A stretch of DNA of 64,000 nucleotides from Dehalococcoidales bacterium (GTDB lineage Bacteria > Chloroflexota > Dehalococcoidia > Dehalococcoidales > RBG-16-60-22). The notes under the pieces are model-generated. The model made no database searches. It was not told the origin of the DNA and saw nothing but the letters and a program-made list of their open reading frames with translations. Positions within the stretch are counted from its first letter, which is position 1. Every line of letters starts with the position of its first letter. Location: positions 9 to 64,008 of the forward strand of contig JAQTQH010000004.1 of the NCBI GenBank assembly GCA_028712355.1. The letters are read 5' to 3'. The translations under genes and the position numbers were made by a program. Below, one piece after another: positions 8,644 through 18,063 of this stretch.

Positions 8644-9861
8644 ATGAAAAGAACCAGGATAGGAGCGATTGATGTAGGCACGACCAAGGTATGCACCATC
8701 ATGGCAGACACCGATGGCAGCATCGCCGGCACCCGCATTCTGGGCGTAGGCATCGTGCCTTCCCATGGACTACAAAAAGGAATGGTCGTCAACGTTAATG
8801 AAGCGAAGGAATCCATCCGCGATTCCATCCGTAAGGCCGAACAGGTAGCCGGCTATAAAATGGAATCGGCATTCATTGGTATTACCGGGCGGCACGTCGT
8901 TTCCTCTAATAATAAGGGCGCCGTCGCCATTACCCGCGGCGATCAGCTCGTCCGCCCTACCGACCTCCGGCGCGTGCTGGAAGTCGCCAAGTCAGTTAAA
9001 GTCCCCGGAGACCGCAAGCTGCTCCATGTCATTCCACGGACCTACATGGTCGATGGACAGGAAGGTGTCAAGAATCCCGTCGGCATGCATGGTTTCCGTC
9101 TCGATGTCGAGACTCATATCATCACGGCGGCGGTAACGTCCATCCAGAACCTGGCCAAGTGCATCCGCGGCGTCGGCATCGAAATCGATGACCTGGTACT
9201 GGAACCGTTAGCCAGCGCCGAAGCCGTACTCTCTGATGAGGAAAAACAGACCGGCGTTATCCTGGCGGATATCGGCGGCGGCACTACCGATATCGCCGTT
9301 TTCAAAGACAATACCATCTACCATACCTCGGTACTGCCCGTCGCCGGACACCTTATTACCCGAGATATCTCGGTCGGCATGGGACTCTCTTTCGATCTTG
9401 CTGAGGAGATGAAAAGGAAATACGGCAACGTAATGCCCGTGCAGGAAGAAAACGCCGACCAGGACCAGACACTGACGCAGGATGGTCACAGCGTTTCCTA
9501 TCGTGACCTTTCGGAGATTATCCGCATCCGCGTTGACGAACTTATCCGCCTCATCGTCCTCGAACTGCCCCACACCGATTATGCCAAGATCGTTCCATCC
9601 GGGATAGTGCTCACCGGCGGCAGCGCCAACCTCCCCGGTATCGCCGAACTGGGCATGGAAGTAACTCACTTGCCGGTCAGGGTCGGTGCTCCGGTCAATT
9701 TGTATGGCGTCTCCGATACACTGCGTGACCCGGCTTACGCTACCGGCGTAGGTCTCCTGATGTGGAAAATGCGCAACGAAGATACCAACGACATCAAGGC
9801 AAAACAACCTGAAAGCGGACTGCACCGCTTAGTGTCCGGGATTTTCCGGCTCTTCAAATAA
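8644..9861 (+). CDS. ftsA: Cell division protein FtsA
   Basis: Actin-like ATPase motifs are present (IGAIDVGTTKV, ADIGGGTTDIAVF). A strong RBS aaggagga precedes the start. It lies immediately upstream of ftsZ. Confidence 0.9.
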   Translation: MKRTRIGAIDVGTTKVCTIMADTDGSIAGTRILGVGIVPSHGLQKGMVVNVNEAKESIRDSIRKAEQVAGYKMESAFIGITGRHVVSSNNKGAVAITRGDQLVRPTDLRRVLEVAKSVKVPGDRKLLHVIPRTYMVDGQEGVKNPVGMHGFRLDVETHIITAAVTSIQNLAKCIRGVGIEIDDLVLEPLASAEAVLSDEEKQTGVILADIGGGTTDIAVFKDNTIYHTSVLPVAGHLITRDISVGMGLSFDLAEEMKRKYGNVMPVQEENADQDQTLTQDGHSVSYRDLSEIIRIRVDELIRLIVLELPHTDYAKIVPSGIVLTGGSANLPGIAELGMEVTHLPVRVGAPVNLYGVSDTLRDPAYATGVGLLMWKMRNEDTNDIKAKQPESGLHRLVSGIFRLFK

Positions 9862-9895
9862 ATAATACTGGAATGAAGAAGGAGTAGACTAAAAT

Positions 9896-11008
9896 ATGTC
9901 AAGACAGAGTTATGTTCCCAGCGGAGCGGTAATCAAGGTAATCGGTCTGGGCGGCGGCGGTTGTAATGCCATTACCCGCATGGTACGGGAGCAAATCCGC
10001 GGCGTGGAATTTATCGGCATGAATACCGATGCCCAAGCACTCTCGGTCACGGAAGCGGCGCTGCGCATCCAGCTCGGCGAAAAGATTACTCGCGGTCTCG
10101 GCGCGGGCGGCGATAACCACTTCGGACGGAAAGCCGCCGAAGAAAGCCGCGATGAGATTAAAGAGGCAGTCGCCGGGGCAGACATGGTATTCATCACCGC
10201 CGGCATGGGCGGCGGCACCGGTACCGGCTCGGCACCACTTGTTGCCGAATGCGCCAAGGCGACCGGCGCGCTCACCATTGCGGTAGTCACCAAGCCGTTC
10301 AACTTCGAAGGCGCACACCGCATGCATACCGCTGAAGAGGGCATCATGCAATTGATGGAACATGTCGATACCTTGATAATCATCCCCAATGACCGTCTGC
10401 TCGACCTCTGCGACCAGAAAACCGGAGTCGACGGCGCCTTCAAGGCGGCGGACGAAGTGCTGCACCATGGCGTGCAGGCTATCGCGGAGGTTATCACCGT
10501 ACCCGGTCTCATCAACCTGGATTTTGCGGACGTCAGGACCATCATGAAAGATGCCGGCCCGGCATGGATGTCGGTAGGACATGGCTCAGGACAGAACCGC
10601 GCCGTGGAAGCCGCCAAATCCGCGCTTGCCAGCCCCCTGCTGGATGTCTCGGTAGACGGTGCCAAGGGCGTCCTGTTCAACGTCGCCGGCGCCAACTTGA
10701 GCCTCTTCGAAGTCAACAATGCCGCCGAGATCATCCGCCAGGCGGTTGACCCGGATGCCAACGTAATCTTCGGCGTCGTCCTTGATCCAAACATGGGTAA
10801 CGAAGTCCGCCTTACTCTTGTCGCCACCGGCTTCGCCACCCAGGACGTGCTCAACGGCAACGCCCGCGATAAGGAAATAACCAAGGTGCTCAAGAACCTG
10901 AAACACGAAGAGCTGGATATCCCCTCTTTCCTGAGACAGCGCAGTGCTCCGGCCGCTCGCCCGGCTTACCGGCCGCCGGCAGGGCCTGCTGCGAACCGGT
11001 ATCGCTAA
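9896..11008 (+). CDS. ftsZ: Cell division GTPase FtsZ
   Basis: Tubulin signature GGGTGTG (AGMGGGTGTGSAP), together with IKVIGLGGGGCNA and NLDFADV. Confidence 0.95.
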   Translation: MSRQSYVPSGAVIKVIGLGGGGCNAITRMVREQIRGVEFIGMNTDAQALSVTEAALRIQLGEKITRGLGAGGDNHFGRKAAEESRDEIKEAVAGADMVFITAGMGGGTGTGSAPLVAECAKATGALTIAVVTKPFNFEGAHRMHTAEEGIMQLMEHVDTLIIIPNDRLLDLCDQKTGVDGAFKAADEVLHHGVQAIAEVITVPGLINLDFADVRTIMKDAGPAWMSVGHGSGQNRAVEAAKSALASPLLDVSVDGAKGVLFNVAGANLSLFEVNNAAEIIRQAVDPDANVIFGVVLDPNMGNEVRLTLVATGFATQDVLNGNARDKEITKVLKNLKHEELDIPSFLRQRSAPAARPAYRPPAGPAANRYR

Positions 11009-11130
11009 ACCGTTTTCCCGGATCTCACCAGGGGGCGGCAGTGTGCTTCTTCCTTCTTTTTCCGCTCCCTGGTGTGTTCTTTTGCCGGAGCTGACACCTG
11101 GATTCACAAGATTAAAAAAGAAGCCTTAAC

Positions 11131-11478
11131 ATGGTAACCACACACGCTCTTACGACTCGGGATGAGTTGTGCCGATTTATCAAACAAAATGCCGAAACAC
11201 GCCTCAAGCGCGAACTCTTAGCCTTTCTCGGTAGACATTCCTGCACCAGGTTTGCCATCTCCGCAATATGTCATTACCTCGGTTGCCACCGATTGGACAT
11301 TGAAGAAGTCCTCACTTCCTTAATAAGCGCGGGGCTCATCACCAGAGATAACAGCAGTGGCACGATATTTTACTCCCTGACGACCAGTAAGGAAAAACGG
11401 CGGATGGTCATAGAGTTGGCGGCACTTGATTGGGAACAAAGACAACTCATCGCCAGGCAACTAAACAACGAAAAATAG
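11131..11478 (+). CDS. Hypothetical protein, possible winged-helix DNA-binding fold
   Basis: 115-aa ORF. The central pattern (AISAICHYLGCHRLDIEEVLTSLISAGLITR) is MarR/ArsR-like. No further support. Confidence 0.5.
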   Translation: MVTTHALTTRDELCRFIKQNAETRLKRELLAFLGRHSCTRFAISAICHYLGCHRLDIEEVLTSLISAGLITRDNSSGTIFYSLTTSKEKRRMVIELAALDWEQRQLIARQLNNEK

Positions 11479-11642
11479 CGGGGCACCGTTCCCGATATGA
11501 TATTTAATTTAAAATCTATAAAGAAATTACTTATAAATAAATGACGATAAACCAAAGAGCATAGCGCCCCGGTGACGGCATCGAGTCCTGCCAAACACTG
11601 GTAATAGCCTCTGCCCGTAAAACGTCTCAGTAACATTTATTA

Positions 11643-11671
11643 CGCCCGTTTTTGGACGGGCGCTTCTCTTT
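11643..11671 (+). terminator. GC-rich hairpin with weak T-tract in the leader of the MFS gene
   Basis: The stem cgcccgt (11643-11649) pairs with acgggcg (11656-11662) around a 6-nt loop, followed by cttctcttt. Confidence 0.3.
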
Positions 11672-11694
11672 GCGTCCTGAAGCAGGAAGGATAT

Positions 11695-13197
11695 ATGGCA
11701 ACAACTAATTCTGAATCGAAACAATTTAACAAAAACCTGAAATACAGCATTGTGGATGGTTCAGCCCATGCCGCCATGCTTGGTCTCACCCAGGACTATA
11801 TCGTACCTTTCGCCCTAGCGCTTAAAGCTACCACCGCCCAGGTTGGACTGCTCACCAGCGTACCCAACCTGGCAATGGCTTTGTCCCAGCTGGCTGCCCC
11901 CCTCCTCACCGAAATCGCCGGCAATCGCAAGAAGATAATCCTCCCGGCGGTTATGCTCCATGCTTTCATGTGGATGCCCGTACTACTCACTGCCTTTGTG
12001 CCGCCGGGACTGCGCATTGCCTGTCTAATCGCCAACTATACCTTCACGGTAGTACTCGGCGCGCTGGGCAACCCGGCCTGGGGAAGCATGATGGCGGATA
12101 TCGTCCCGCAAAGAATACGCGGCAGATACTTCGGCTTCCGCGCCCGAATCTGCAACCTGGCGACGCTGGTTTTCTCTTTTATTGCTGGAGGCACCCTGCA
12201 ATTCTTTACCGCTAATATCATGACGGGCTTCACTCTGCTTTTTGGCGGCGCCACCCTGTTTCGGCTGATCTCATGGCGGTTCCTCAGTAAAATGCATGAG
12301 CCGCCGATGATCATCCAGGATTCCCCCAATTATCATCCTTTTACCCTGCTGAAAAACATCGGCGCGACGAATCTGGGCAGATTTATCATCTTAATTGCCC
12401 TGATAAACCTGACCACTAATATTGCGTCACCTTTTTTTGCGGTCTACATGCTGCGCGACCTCAAGTTCAGCTACGGGACATATGTTATCATCACCGCAGC
12501 GGCGACCCTCTCAAACCTTATCTTCCTGACCTTCTGGGGGCGGCGCGCCGACCGGGCGGGGAACATTGCTGTTCTGCGCATCACTGCTATGCTGGTTCCC
12601 GTCATCCCGTTGATGTGGCTGGGCGGTTCGCACTTTTATTATCTTATCTTCGTGCAGATTGTTTCCGGATTTGCCTGGTCCGGCTTCAACCTGGTCAGCA
12701 CCAACTTCCTGTACGGAGCAACACCCCCGGAAAAGAGGACGCAGTACATCGCCATTTTCAACGCACTGAACGGCGGGGCTATCTGCTTCGGTGCTATTAT
12801 CGGGGGATTCCTGGCATCTCACCTGCCTGCCATCCTCGGTTACCGTATGCTTACCTTATTCACCGTCTCCGGAGTGCTGCGGTTCTTCGCGGCAGCAATA
12901 CTGCTCCCCCGTATCAACGAAGTGCGTACCGTGCCTCTAACCAGTACTCCAGAACTTCTGATCGGTCAACTTACTACGGCGGGTAAGCGCGCCTGGAAAG
13001 TTCCTCGGATGGTACGCTATCCCCTGTCAACCCTGGGTATCGACCGCATGTCTTCAACCATCAATCTGCGGAAAGAATTGCGAGGGGCACCCGGCAATGA
13101 GCTGCGCCGACCGGAGAATGTCACGAAAATAGAAAAGGCAAAGAGCAAGGGACTTTTAATGATTCAGAAAACACCTAGCTCAACAGATAAACACTGA
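11695..13197 (+). CDS. MFS transporter
   Basis: 500 aa with about 12 hydrophobic segments and the MFS loop motif (DIVPQRIRGRYFGF, GRRADRAGN). RBS ggaagga. Confidence 0.85.
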   Translation: MATTNSESKQFNKNLKYSIVDGSAHAAMLGLTQDYIVPFALALKATTAQVGLLTSVPNLAMALSQLAAPLLTEIAGNRKKIILPAVMLHAFMWMPVLLTAFVPPGLRIACLIANYTFTVVLGALGNPAWGSMMADIVPQRIRGRYFGFRARICNLATLVFSFIAGGTLQFFTANIMTGFTLLFGGATLFRLISWRFLSKMHEPPMIIQDSPNYHPFTLLKNIGATNLGRFIILIALINLTTNIASPFFAVYMLRDLKFSYGTYVIITAAATLSNLIFLTFWGRRADRAGNIAVLRITAMLVPVIPLMWLGGSHFYYLIFVQIVSGFAWSGFNLVSTNFLYGATPPEKRTQYIAIFNALNGGAICFGAIIGGFLASHLPAILGYRMLTLFTVSGVLRFFAAAILLPRINEVRTVPLTSTPELLIGQLTTAGKRAWKVPRMVRYPLSTLGIDRMSSTINLRKELRGAPGNELRRPENVTKIEKAKSKGLLMIQKTPSSTDKH

Positions 13198-14014
13198 AGG
13201 CCATTACTATCATCCCTGATATCACACCGAGAATCACAATATGCTCTTCGCCGTAAAGATGCGCCGTCGGCAGGAGTTCATCGAGGCTGATATAGACCAT
13301 GACGCCGGCGGCAAAAGCAAGCAGGGCATAAACCAGATTCGGGGTGAGGAACGGGAAAAGAACGGCGTAAGCAATGAGCGCCCCCACCGGCTCCGCAAGC
13401 CCGGCGGCAAACGAATAAAGAAAAGCCCGCCGGCGATTACCCGTCGCTTCGCTGATAGGGACCGAAACGCATATGCCCTCCGGGATATTGTGCAAAGCGA
13501 TGGCAATCGCCACCAGCACGCCAAAACCAACATCACTGGTAATGGCGCTACTGAAGACTGCTATCCCTTCGGGGAAATTGTGAATCGCAATTCCCAGTGC
13601 CACAAAAACACCCGCCCGCCGCAGGCGCAAACCACGCCCGGTTCTCCGCTCGCCGAACCTGTGCCGCCCATGACGCGCCGGAGCAAGCTCCGCCTTGACG
13701 CTATCCGGGCTAATGAGCGAATCGCCAACATGCTCCTGCTGGTATTCATGAGGCACCAGCATATCCAGTAATGCGATGGCAATAATACCGGCGAAAAACA
13801 CGAGATTAGCGGTGATAAAGCCCACGTTTTCCAGAGACAGGTGCAGGAGTTCCCCGAAAGAGATGTAAAGCATCACGCCGGCGGAAAATCCCAGCAATAA
13901 CGCCATGTGCCGCGGCCTGGGTTTGCGCAGAAAATAGGCGAAAGCACTACCAATGCCGGTAGACAACCCCGCCAGCAGAGTCAACAGAAAGGCAAAGGAA
14001 ACGTTACTTGACAT
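13175..14014 (-). CDS. zupT: ZIP family divalent-metal (zinc) transporter, ZupT-like
   Basis: ZIP signature motifs are present (GIAIHNFPEGIAV, AIALHNIPEGICV) with a His-rich central loop. Its convergent 3' end overlaps the MFS gene by 23 nt. Confidence 0.85.
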   Translation of the reverse strand: MSSNVSFAFLLTLLAGLSTGIGSAFAYFLRKPRPRHMALLLGFSAGVMLYISFGELLHLSLENVGFITANLVFFAGIIAIALLDMLVPHEYQQEHVGDSLISPDSVKAELAPARHGRHRFGERRTGRGLRLRRAGVFVALGIAIHNFPEGIAVFSSAITSDVGFGVLVAIAIALHNIPEGICVSVPISEATGNRRRAFLYSFAAGLAEPVGALIAYAVLFPFLTPNLVYALLAFAAGVMVYISLDELLPTAHLYGEEHIVILGVISGMIVMAFSVYLLS

Positions 14015-14117
14015 TGGTTGTTATCCTAACTGATTATACGATATTCGCAAAACTGGCGTCTATTATAGAAAATCAGAGATTGTACTAAGGCAAGGCACAC
14101 TCTATAATTACATTATC

Positions 14118-14318
14118 ATGATAACTCTGGCCTATCTGGCAATCGGCTGCGGCATACTGGGTCTGCTGACTACATACTTCCTTCTCGCTGCGATTCAGCA
14201 TTTCCAGATCAATATCACACGGCACTGGTGGATTGTCGCCATGCCGGTGATTTTTGCCGTCATCGTGAACGTTTGCCTTATTGAGGTAATCCACAGGTAC
14301 CGGAAAAAGCGCCACTAA
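14118..14318 (+). CDS. Small membrane protein (66 aa), hypothetical
   Basis: Two hydrophobic helices and a basic C-terminus (HRYRKKRH). AT-rich context and no clear RBS. Confidence 0.4.
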   Translation: MITLAYLAIGCGILGLLTTYFLLAAIQHFQINITRHWWIVAMPVIFAVIVNVCLIEVIHRYRKKRH

Positions 14319-14391
14319 AGCTGTAGCTATGCTATAATAAAAACTGACCGCTTTTAAGCAGGATAGTATTTTGGTTTCAGGAGGAGTCTAA

Positions 14392-14676
14392 ATGAATAAA
14401 ACGAATAAATGGTTAGTTATCTGGAACATTGTCTTGACCATATTATTGATACCCTCATTACTCGGCGGCTGCACCGGCAGTGACCCGCGGATAGACTGGC
14501 TGGTAACCCAGGTCCAGGCTCAAGCCGCCACTATCGGCAACATCCAGGCTCAAGCCGACCAGAACAGGCAATCGATTCAGAACTACGCGGTACAGCTTTC
14601 CGCGGTCAATAATTATGTGCAGACCAGCATCGCGCAGCTCCAGCAATATGTCCAGGCCGTCATGGCAACCAAATAA
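14392..14676 (+). CDS. Small lipoprotein with coiled-coil/Gln-rich ectodomain
   Basis: RBS aggagg. It has a signal peptide plus lipobox (LLGGC), followed by heptad-like QAQAATIGNIQAQADQNRQSIQ. Confidence 0.5.
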   Translation: MNKTNKWLVIWNIVLTILLIPSLLGGCTGSDPRIDWLVTQVQAQAATIGNIQAQADQNRQSIQNYAVQLSAVNNYVQTSIAQLQQYVQAVMATK

Positions 14677-15306
14677 TAGCTGAACCATCATCTCTAATAA
14701 CCACAAGACGTGCCTCCTGGAAATTAATCCACGGGCACGCCTGGCTTGGCAACTGACCACACAAATCGGATTAAGCTGCTGGTATTTTGCCTATTGGCAA
14801 AGTGCCTCCATAAAAACTAATTCAAACGATTTGAAAGGTCGCCGTTATTACTATTTATATTGGTAGAGGCTGAATTGAATCCGGGTACATCCGCATCTTC
14901 ACTAACGCCCAGGTTGCTGCCAACAACTCAATTGCACATTCTCTTACACCCCAGGCTTTGCAGTATATCTTTATCGACAGGCTCGGAGAAGACGTTAAAG
15001 TCATGGTGGTTACTTCAGGGCAAAGGCTTGACCTGGTGCTATCTGAGGCGAAACCGTGAAAAAACGACCGATTAGCTATGTTTCTCTCCTCAGCACGATT
15101 GCGCTAGAACTTCTATCGCAGGTTACCAGTATGCCAATGAAATGTGTGCATAAAAGGGCAAACATCCCGAAGATTTGAACACAATAAATCTGCACCGTTT
15201 CGCCTTAAAATAGCAATTGATTCTTCGGTTTAGTCAGCCTATGTTTGTGCAGTAATAATTATTTTCCAACTGATTGATAAATTTGCTATAATATCAAGGA
15301 ACAAAC

Positions 15307-16623
15307 ATGTCACCGAAAGTTGCTTTAAAGAGATACGATTCCAGTCCGGAATCATTAAGACAGGTCATTGCCCTGTGTTCAGGTTTTCGAAATCTTAAAT
15401 CAAATTCGAAAATTCTGATTAAACCGAACCTGGTCGTATGGGATAATAAATTTCCAATCCCGCCGTATGGCGTGTTTACCACCACCCGTATTATCGAAGA
15501 TTTAATTATTCTTTTGAAAGAGCAGGGGTGTTCAGACATCACAATTGGGGAAGGCGGCCTCACCATGAAAGGCGAAGCGACAACATTTCCCGCTTTCGAA
15601 GGACTGGGCTACACCGCACTGGCTGAAAAATATGGTGTGCGACTGGTTGATTTTCACAAATCACAGACCGCCATCGCAAAAAACGGCGAAGGTCAACAGA
15701 TACGTTTTGCCAGGGACGCCATCGAAACTGACTTTTTTATAAATGTTCCGGTAATTAAAACGCACAGCCAAACCAAAGTATCCCTGGGCATGAAGAATAT
15801 GAAGGGTTGTCTGAAAACAGTATCACGGAAACAGTTCCATGATACCAGGTATGGACTGGAAAACTGGATCCAATGGCTCCCTGATATCCTTAACCCTGCA
15901 CTCACCATCATCGATGGCATCTATGCCCTGGAAATGGGCGCCCTCCACGTGGGCAGCACCGCACATCGTAAAAATATATTAATCGCGTCCACGGACGCAT
16001 TGGGGGCAGACCTGGTCGGAGCCAAGGCTATCGGCTTTAACGGTGATGAGATCGACCATCTAAAGAAGTATGCAACCCGGACCGGGAAACCACTGCAACT
16101 TGAGGCTTATGAAATAAAAGGAGACTCGCTGGCGGATAATATCACGCCTTTCAAATGGGACTGGAGATGGAATGAGGCTAATACGGGGCCGTATGCCTTC
16201 GAGAAGGCAGGCATACAGGGCATTTCCGTTCCTAAATATGATAGTTCCTTATGTTCGGGATGCAGCCCGCTGGTCAATATGATTAACGTTCTGGTGATGT
16301 CGGCATACAAAGGTGCGCCGTTTGAGAAGATAGAAGTACTTAACGGGAAGAAAATGCAAGCGCAGCCGGGTTTTGATAAAACCCTCCTCATCGGGAATTG
16401 CATTATCGCAGCCAACCGCGCTAATCCTAATATTAAAAAGGCGCTAAAAGTCGCCGGATGTCCGCCTTCAGAAGAAGCTCTGCTCAATGGTTTAAAATCA
16501 GCCGGTATCGAAATAGACCCTGATGCCTATTCGAGGTTTTTAATCCGTCAATCGGAAAAATATCTCGGGAAACCGGATTTTGTTAAAACGTTCTTTGAAT
16601 GCTCAACATCATGCAGCACTTGA
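15307..16623 (+). CDS. DUF362 domain protein (cytoplasmic paralog with Cys-rich C-terminal extension)
   Basis: It shares the DUF362 core with the 4948 gene (ILIKPNLV, NVPVIKTHSQTKVSLGMKNMKG). There is no signal peptide. The C-terminal half has CSGC, GNC, GCPP and ECSTSC motifs. Confidence 0.8.
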   Translation: MSPKVALKRYDSSPESLRQVIALCSGFRNLKSNSKILIKPNLVVWDNKFPIPPYGVFTTTRIIEDLIILLKEQGCSDITIGEGGLTMKGEATTFPAFEGLGYTALAEKYGVRLVDFHKSQTAIAKNGEGQQIRFARDAIETDFFINVPVIKTHSQTKVSLGMKNMKGCLKTVSRKQFHDTRYGLENWIQWLPDILNPALTIIDGIYALEMGALHVGSTAHRKNILIASTDALGADLVGAKAIGFNGDEIDHLKKYATRTGKPLQLEAYEIKGDSLADNITPFKWDWRWNEANTGPYAFEKAGIQGISVPKYDSSLCSGCSPLVNMINVLVMSAYKGAPFEKIEVLNGKKMQAQPGFDKTLLIGNCIIAANRANPNIKKALKVAGCPPSEEALLNGLKSAGIEIDPDAYSRFLIRQSEKYLGKPDFVKTFFECSTSCST

Positions 16624-16707
16624 TACCCGCCAGCTTAACAACACCCGCGTTGCTTACGAGTTGTTTTTAACTATCCTGCCTGGTAATAAGCTCAGCCAGG
16701 CTCTTCA

Positions 16708-16890
16708 ATGAGCCACCGTTCTCTGAGAGTAGATCTTCATCCAGAGCGGAAATCGCCCGTCAACTCGGTGTAAGCCGTACCTACATCACGCTGCTTTTAC
16801 AGGGAAAAAGACAACCAAGTCAACAGCTTGCCAACAAATTACAGCAGTTGATGTTAGCGGGTGAACTTCCGCGTGAATTAGACCCTGTGT
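16708..16890 (+). pseudogene. Frameshifted/truncated XRE-type helix-turn-helix gene remnant abutting tRNA-Leu
   Basis: ATG 16708 opens MSHRSLRVDLHPE..., which stops at 16773. The adjacent frame from about 16746 reads AEIARQLGVSRTYITLLLQGKRQPSQQLANKLQQL, a typical HTH_XRE core, but has no start codon and then runs antisense through the tRNA. Confidence 0.3.
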
Positions 16891-16893
16891 ATC

Positions 16894-16978
16894 TGGTGGG
16901 GAAGCGGGGATTTGAACCCCGACGTCTTACGACACATGATCCTAAGTCATGCCTGTCTGCCAGTTCCAGCACTCCCCC
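16894..16978 (-). tRNA. tRNA-Leu (anticodon TAG), class II with long variable arm
   Basis: The reverse complement is GGGGGAG-TG-...CATGA-CTTAGGA-TCATG...GGGGTTCAAATCCCC-GCTTCCCC-A-CCA. It has a 7-bp acceptor stem, anticodon loop CTTAGGA, T-loop TTCAAAT and an encoded CCA, for 85 nt in total. Confidence 0.9.
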
Positions 16979-17084
16979 GCCATACAACCGCCCTCAGTAT
17001 AGCAAATCAGCCGCACTGGCAACAATAACCCGCCAAAAACTTGATGGAAAGATACTGCCTATCTGATTAACTGCTAAACTCTAG

Positions 17085-17366
17085 TTATTCGCGCCAGCCC
17101 AGATGCTCGCTGGGTTTGAAGGAAGACTCTAGCCTTCCCTCAAGACTATCCAGAATCAATGCGCATTCTTCAAGCAGATCAGAGCACCGTGCCAGGTGCT
17201 CCCACGCGATTTTCCGGTACCTGTTACCAACATCGCTGTCTGCCGCAAATTCACTACTCAGAAAATCCGTCATATCTACCACTTTAGCATAATCAACGCA
17301 TCCAGGCAAAGCTCCTGAGCAGGTCAAAATACAGGTTTCCCCCCATTGAGAATGGATGATAACCAT
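17085..17366 (-). CDS. Hypothetical small protein
   Basis: ORF only, with no recognisable motif. An alternative start at M32 would give 62 aa. Confidence 0.3.
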   Translation of the reverse strand: MVIIHSQWGETCILTCSGALPGCVDYAKVVDMTDFLSSEFAADSDVGNRYRKIAWEHLARCSDLLEECALILDSLEGRLESSFKPSEHLGWRE

Positions 17367-17451
17367 CTCTGCTTACGTTCCAGGCAGATGTAGTATGTTC
17401 ATAAAACAACCCTTATCTTGGGCTAACTCAAACATCAGATTAGGAGCGGCG

Positions 17452-17928
17452 ATGAACAGTAAAATCAATACCACTGCAAAACCTGCCCTCAGAGTTAAAA
17501 GCGGAATGAATCCCGCCATCAAAGCACCAAAAGCTGCCGCAGGTACGCCGGACAGAATGACCGTCACCATTTCCGAGGTAGAACACATCCGGCGCAGCGC
17601 CCAGCGGGAACTGGAACTGGCACGCCGCATCCGCCTCGAAGCGGAAAAATACCAGCAGGAAACTGAAACCCACGCCCGCAGCCAAGCTCAGTTGCTCATT
17701 TTACAGGCGCGCCTGGAGACGCAGAAGGAAATCGCCGCGCTCAAGCAGAAAGCCAGCGAGGAAATCCAGAAGGTCCTCGCCGATATCCGCATGGTCCGCA
17801 TTACCGCGCAGGAAGAACTGGAAACGCAGCGTAAGTTCACCAACGCCGCCCGCATCCACGCCCTTTCCCTAGAGTTCTCCGATATGCATAGCCATGCCGA
17901 GTCAAAAAAGGAAGCGGTCGCCACCTGA
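17452..17928 (+). CDS. Hypothetical coiled-coil protein
   Basis: The start is moved to ATG 17452 (MNSKINT), which has the RBS aggag. The C-terminal ~110 aa is a continuous charged heptad-like helix (RRSAQRELELARRIRLEAEKYQQETE...). A clear terminator follows the gene. Confidence 0.55.
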   Translation: MNSKINTTAKPALRVKSGMNPAIKAPKAAAGTPDRMTVTISEVEHIRRSAQRELELARRIRLEAEKYQQETETHARSQAQLLILQARLETQKEIAALKQKASEEIQKVLADIRMVRITAQEELETQRKFTNAARIHALSLEFSDMHSHAESKKEAVAT

Positions 17929-17956
17929 CGAGTTAAAACGTCAAATTATAATTTCC

Positions 17957-17989
17957 GGGGGGGGGTATTAATGCCCCCCTTCTTTTTTT
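17957..17989 (+). terminator. Rho-independent terminator
   Basis: A G9 run, a tattaat loop and a C6 run are followed by a T-rich tract (ggggggggg tattaat cccccc ttcttttttt). Confidence 0.6.
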
Positions 17990-18063
17990 ATCTGATTAAA
18001 ATATTAACTTGGTATCCGCCCATCCCGTGATGTACAATGGCGGGAGAATCACGGGAGGCACTG

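Noticed and set aside
15165-15185. gatttgaac match to the tRNA-Leu T-arm as a possible distal att site
   Set aside because: Only 9 nt match, with no extension. A match of that length is expected by chance in 64 kb on two strands.
15270-15292. Extended -10 promoter (tgctataat) for the second DUF362 gene
   Set aside because: A transcript starting ~7 nt downstream would begin within or after the RBS (aagga, 15296-15300). The element was therefore not called as the functional promoter.
16848-17066. 72-aa ORF (MMLAGELPRELDPVYLVGKRGFEPRR...)
   Set aside because: Most of it is the antisense translation of tRNA-Leu. It was kept only as the tail of the decayed HTH frame, not as a gene.
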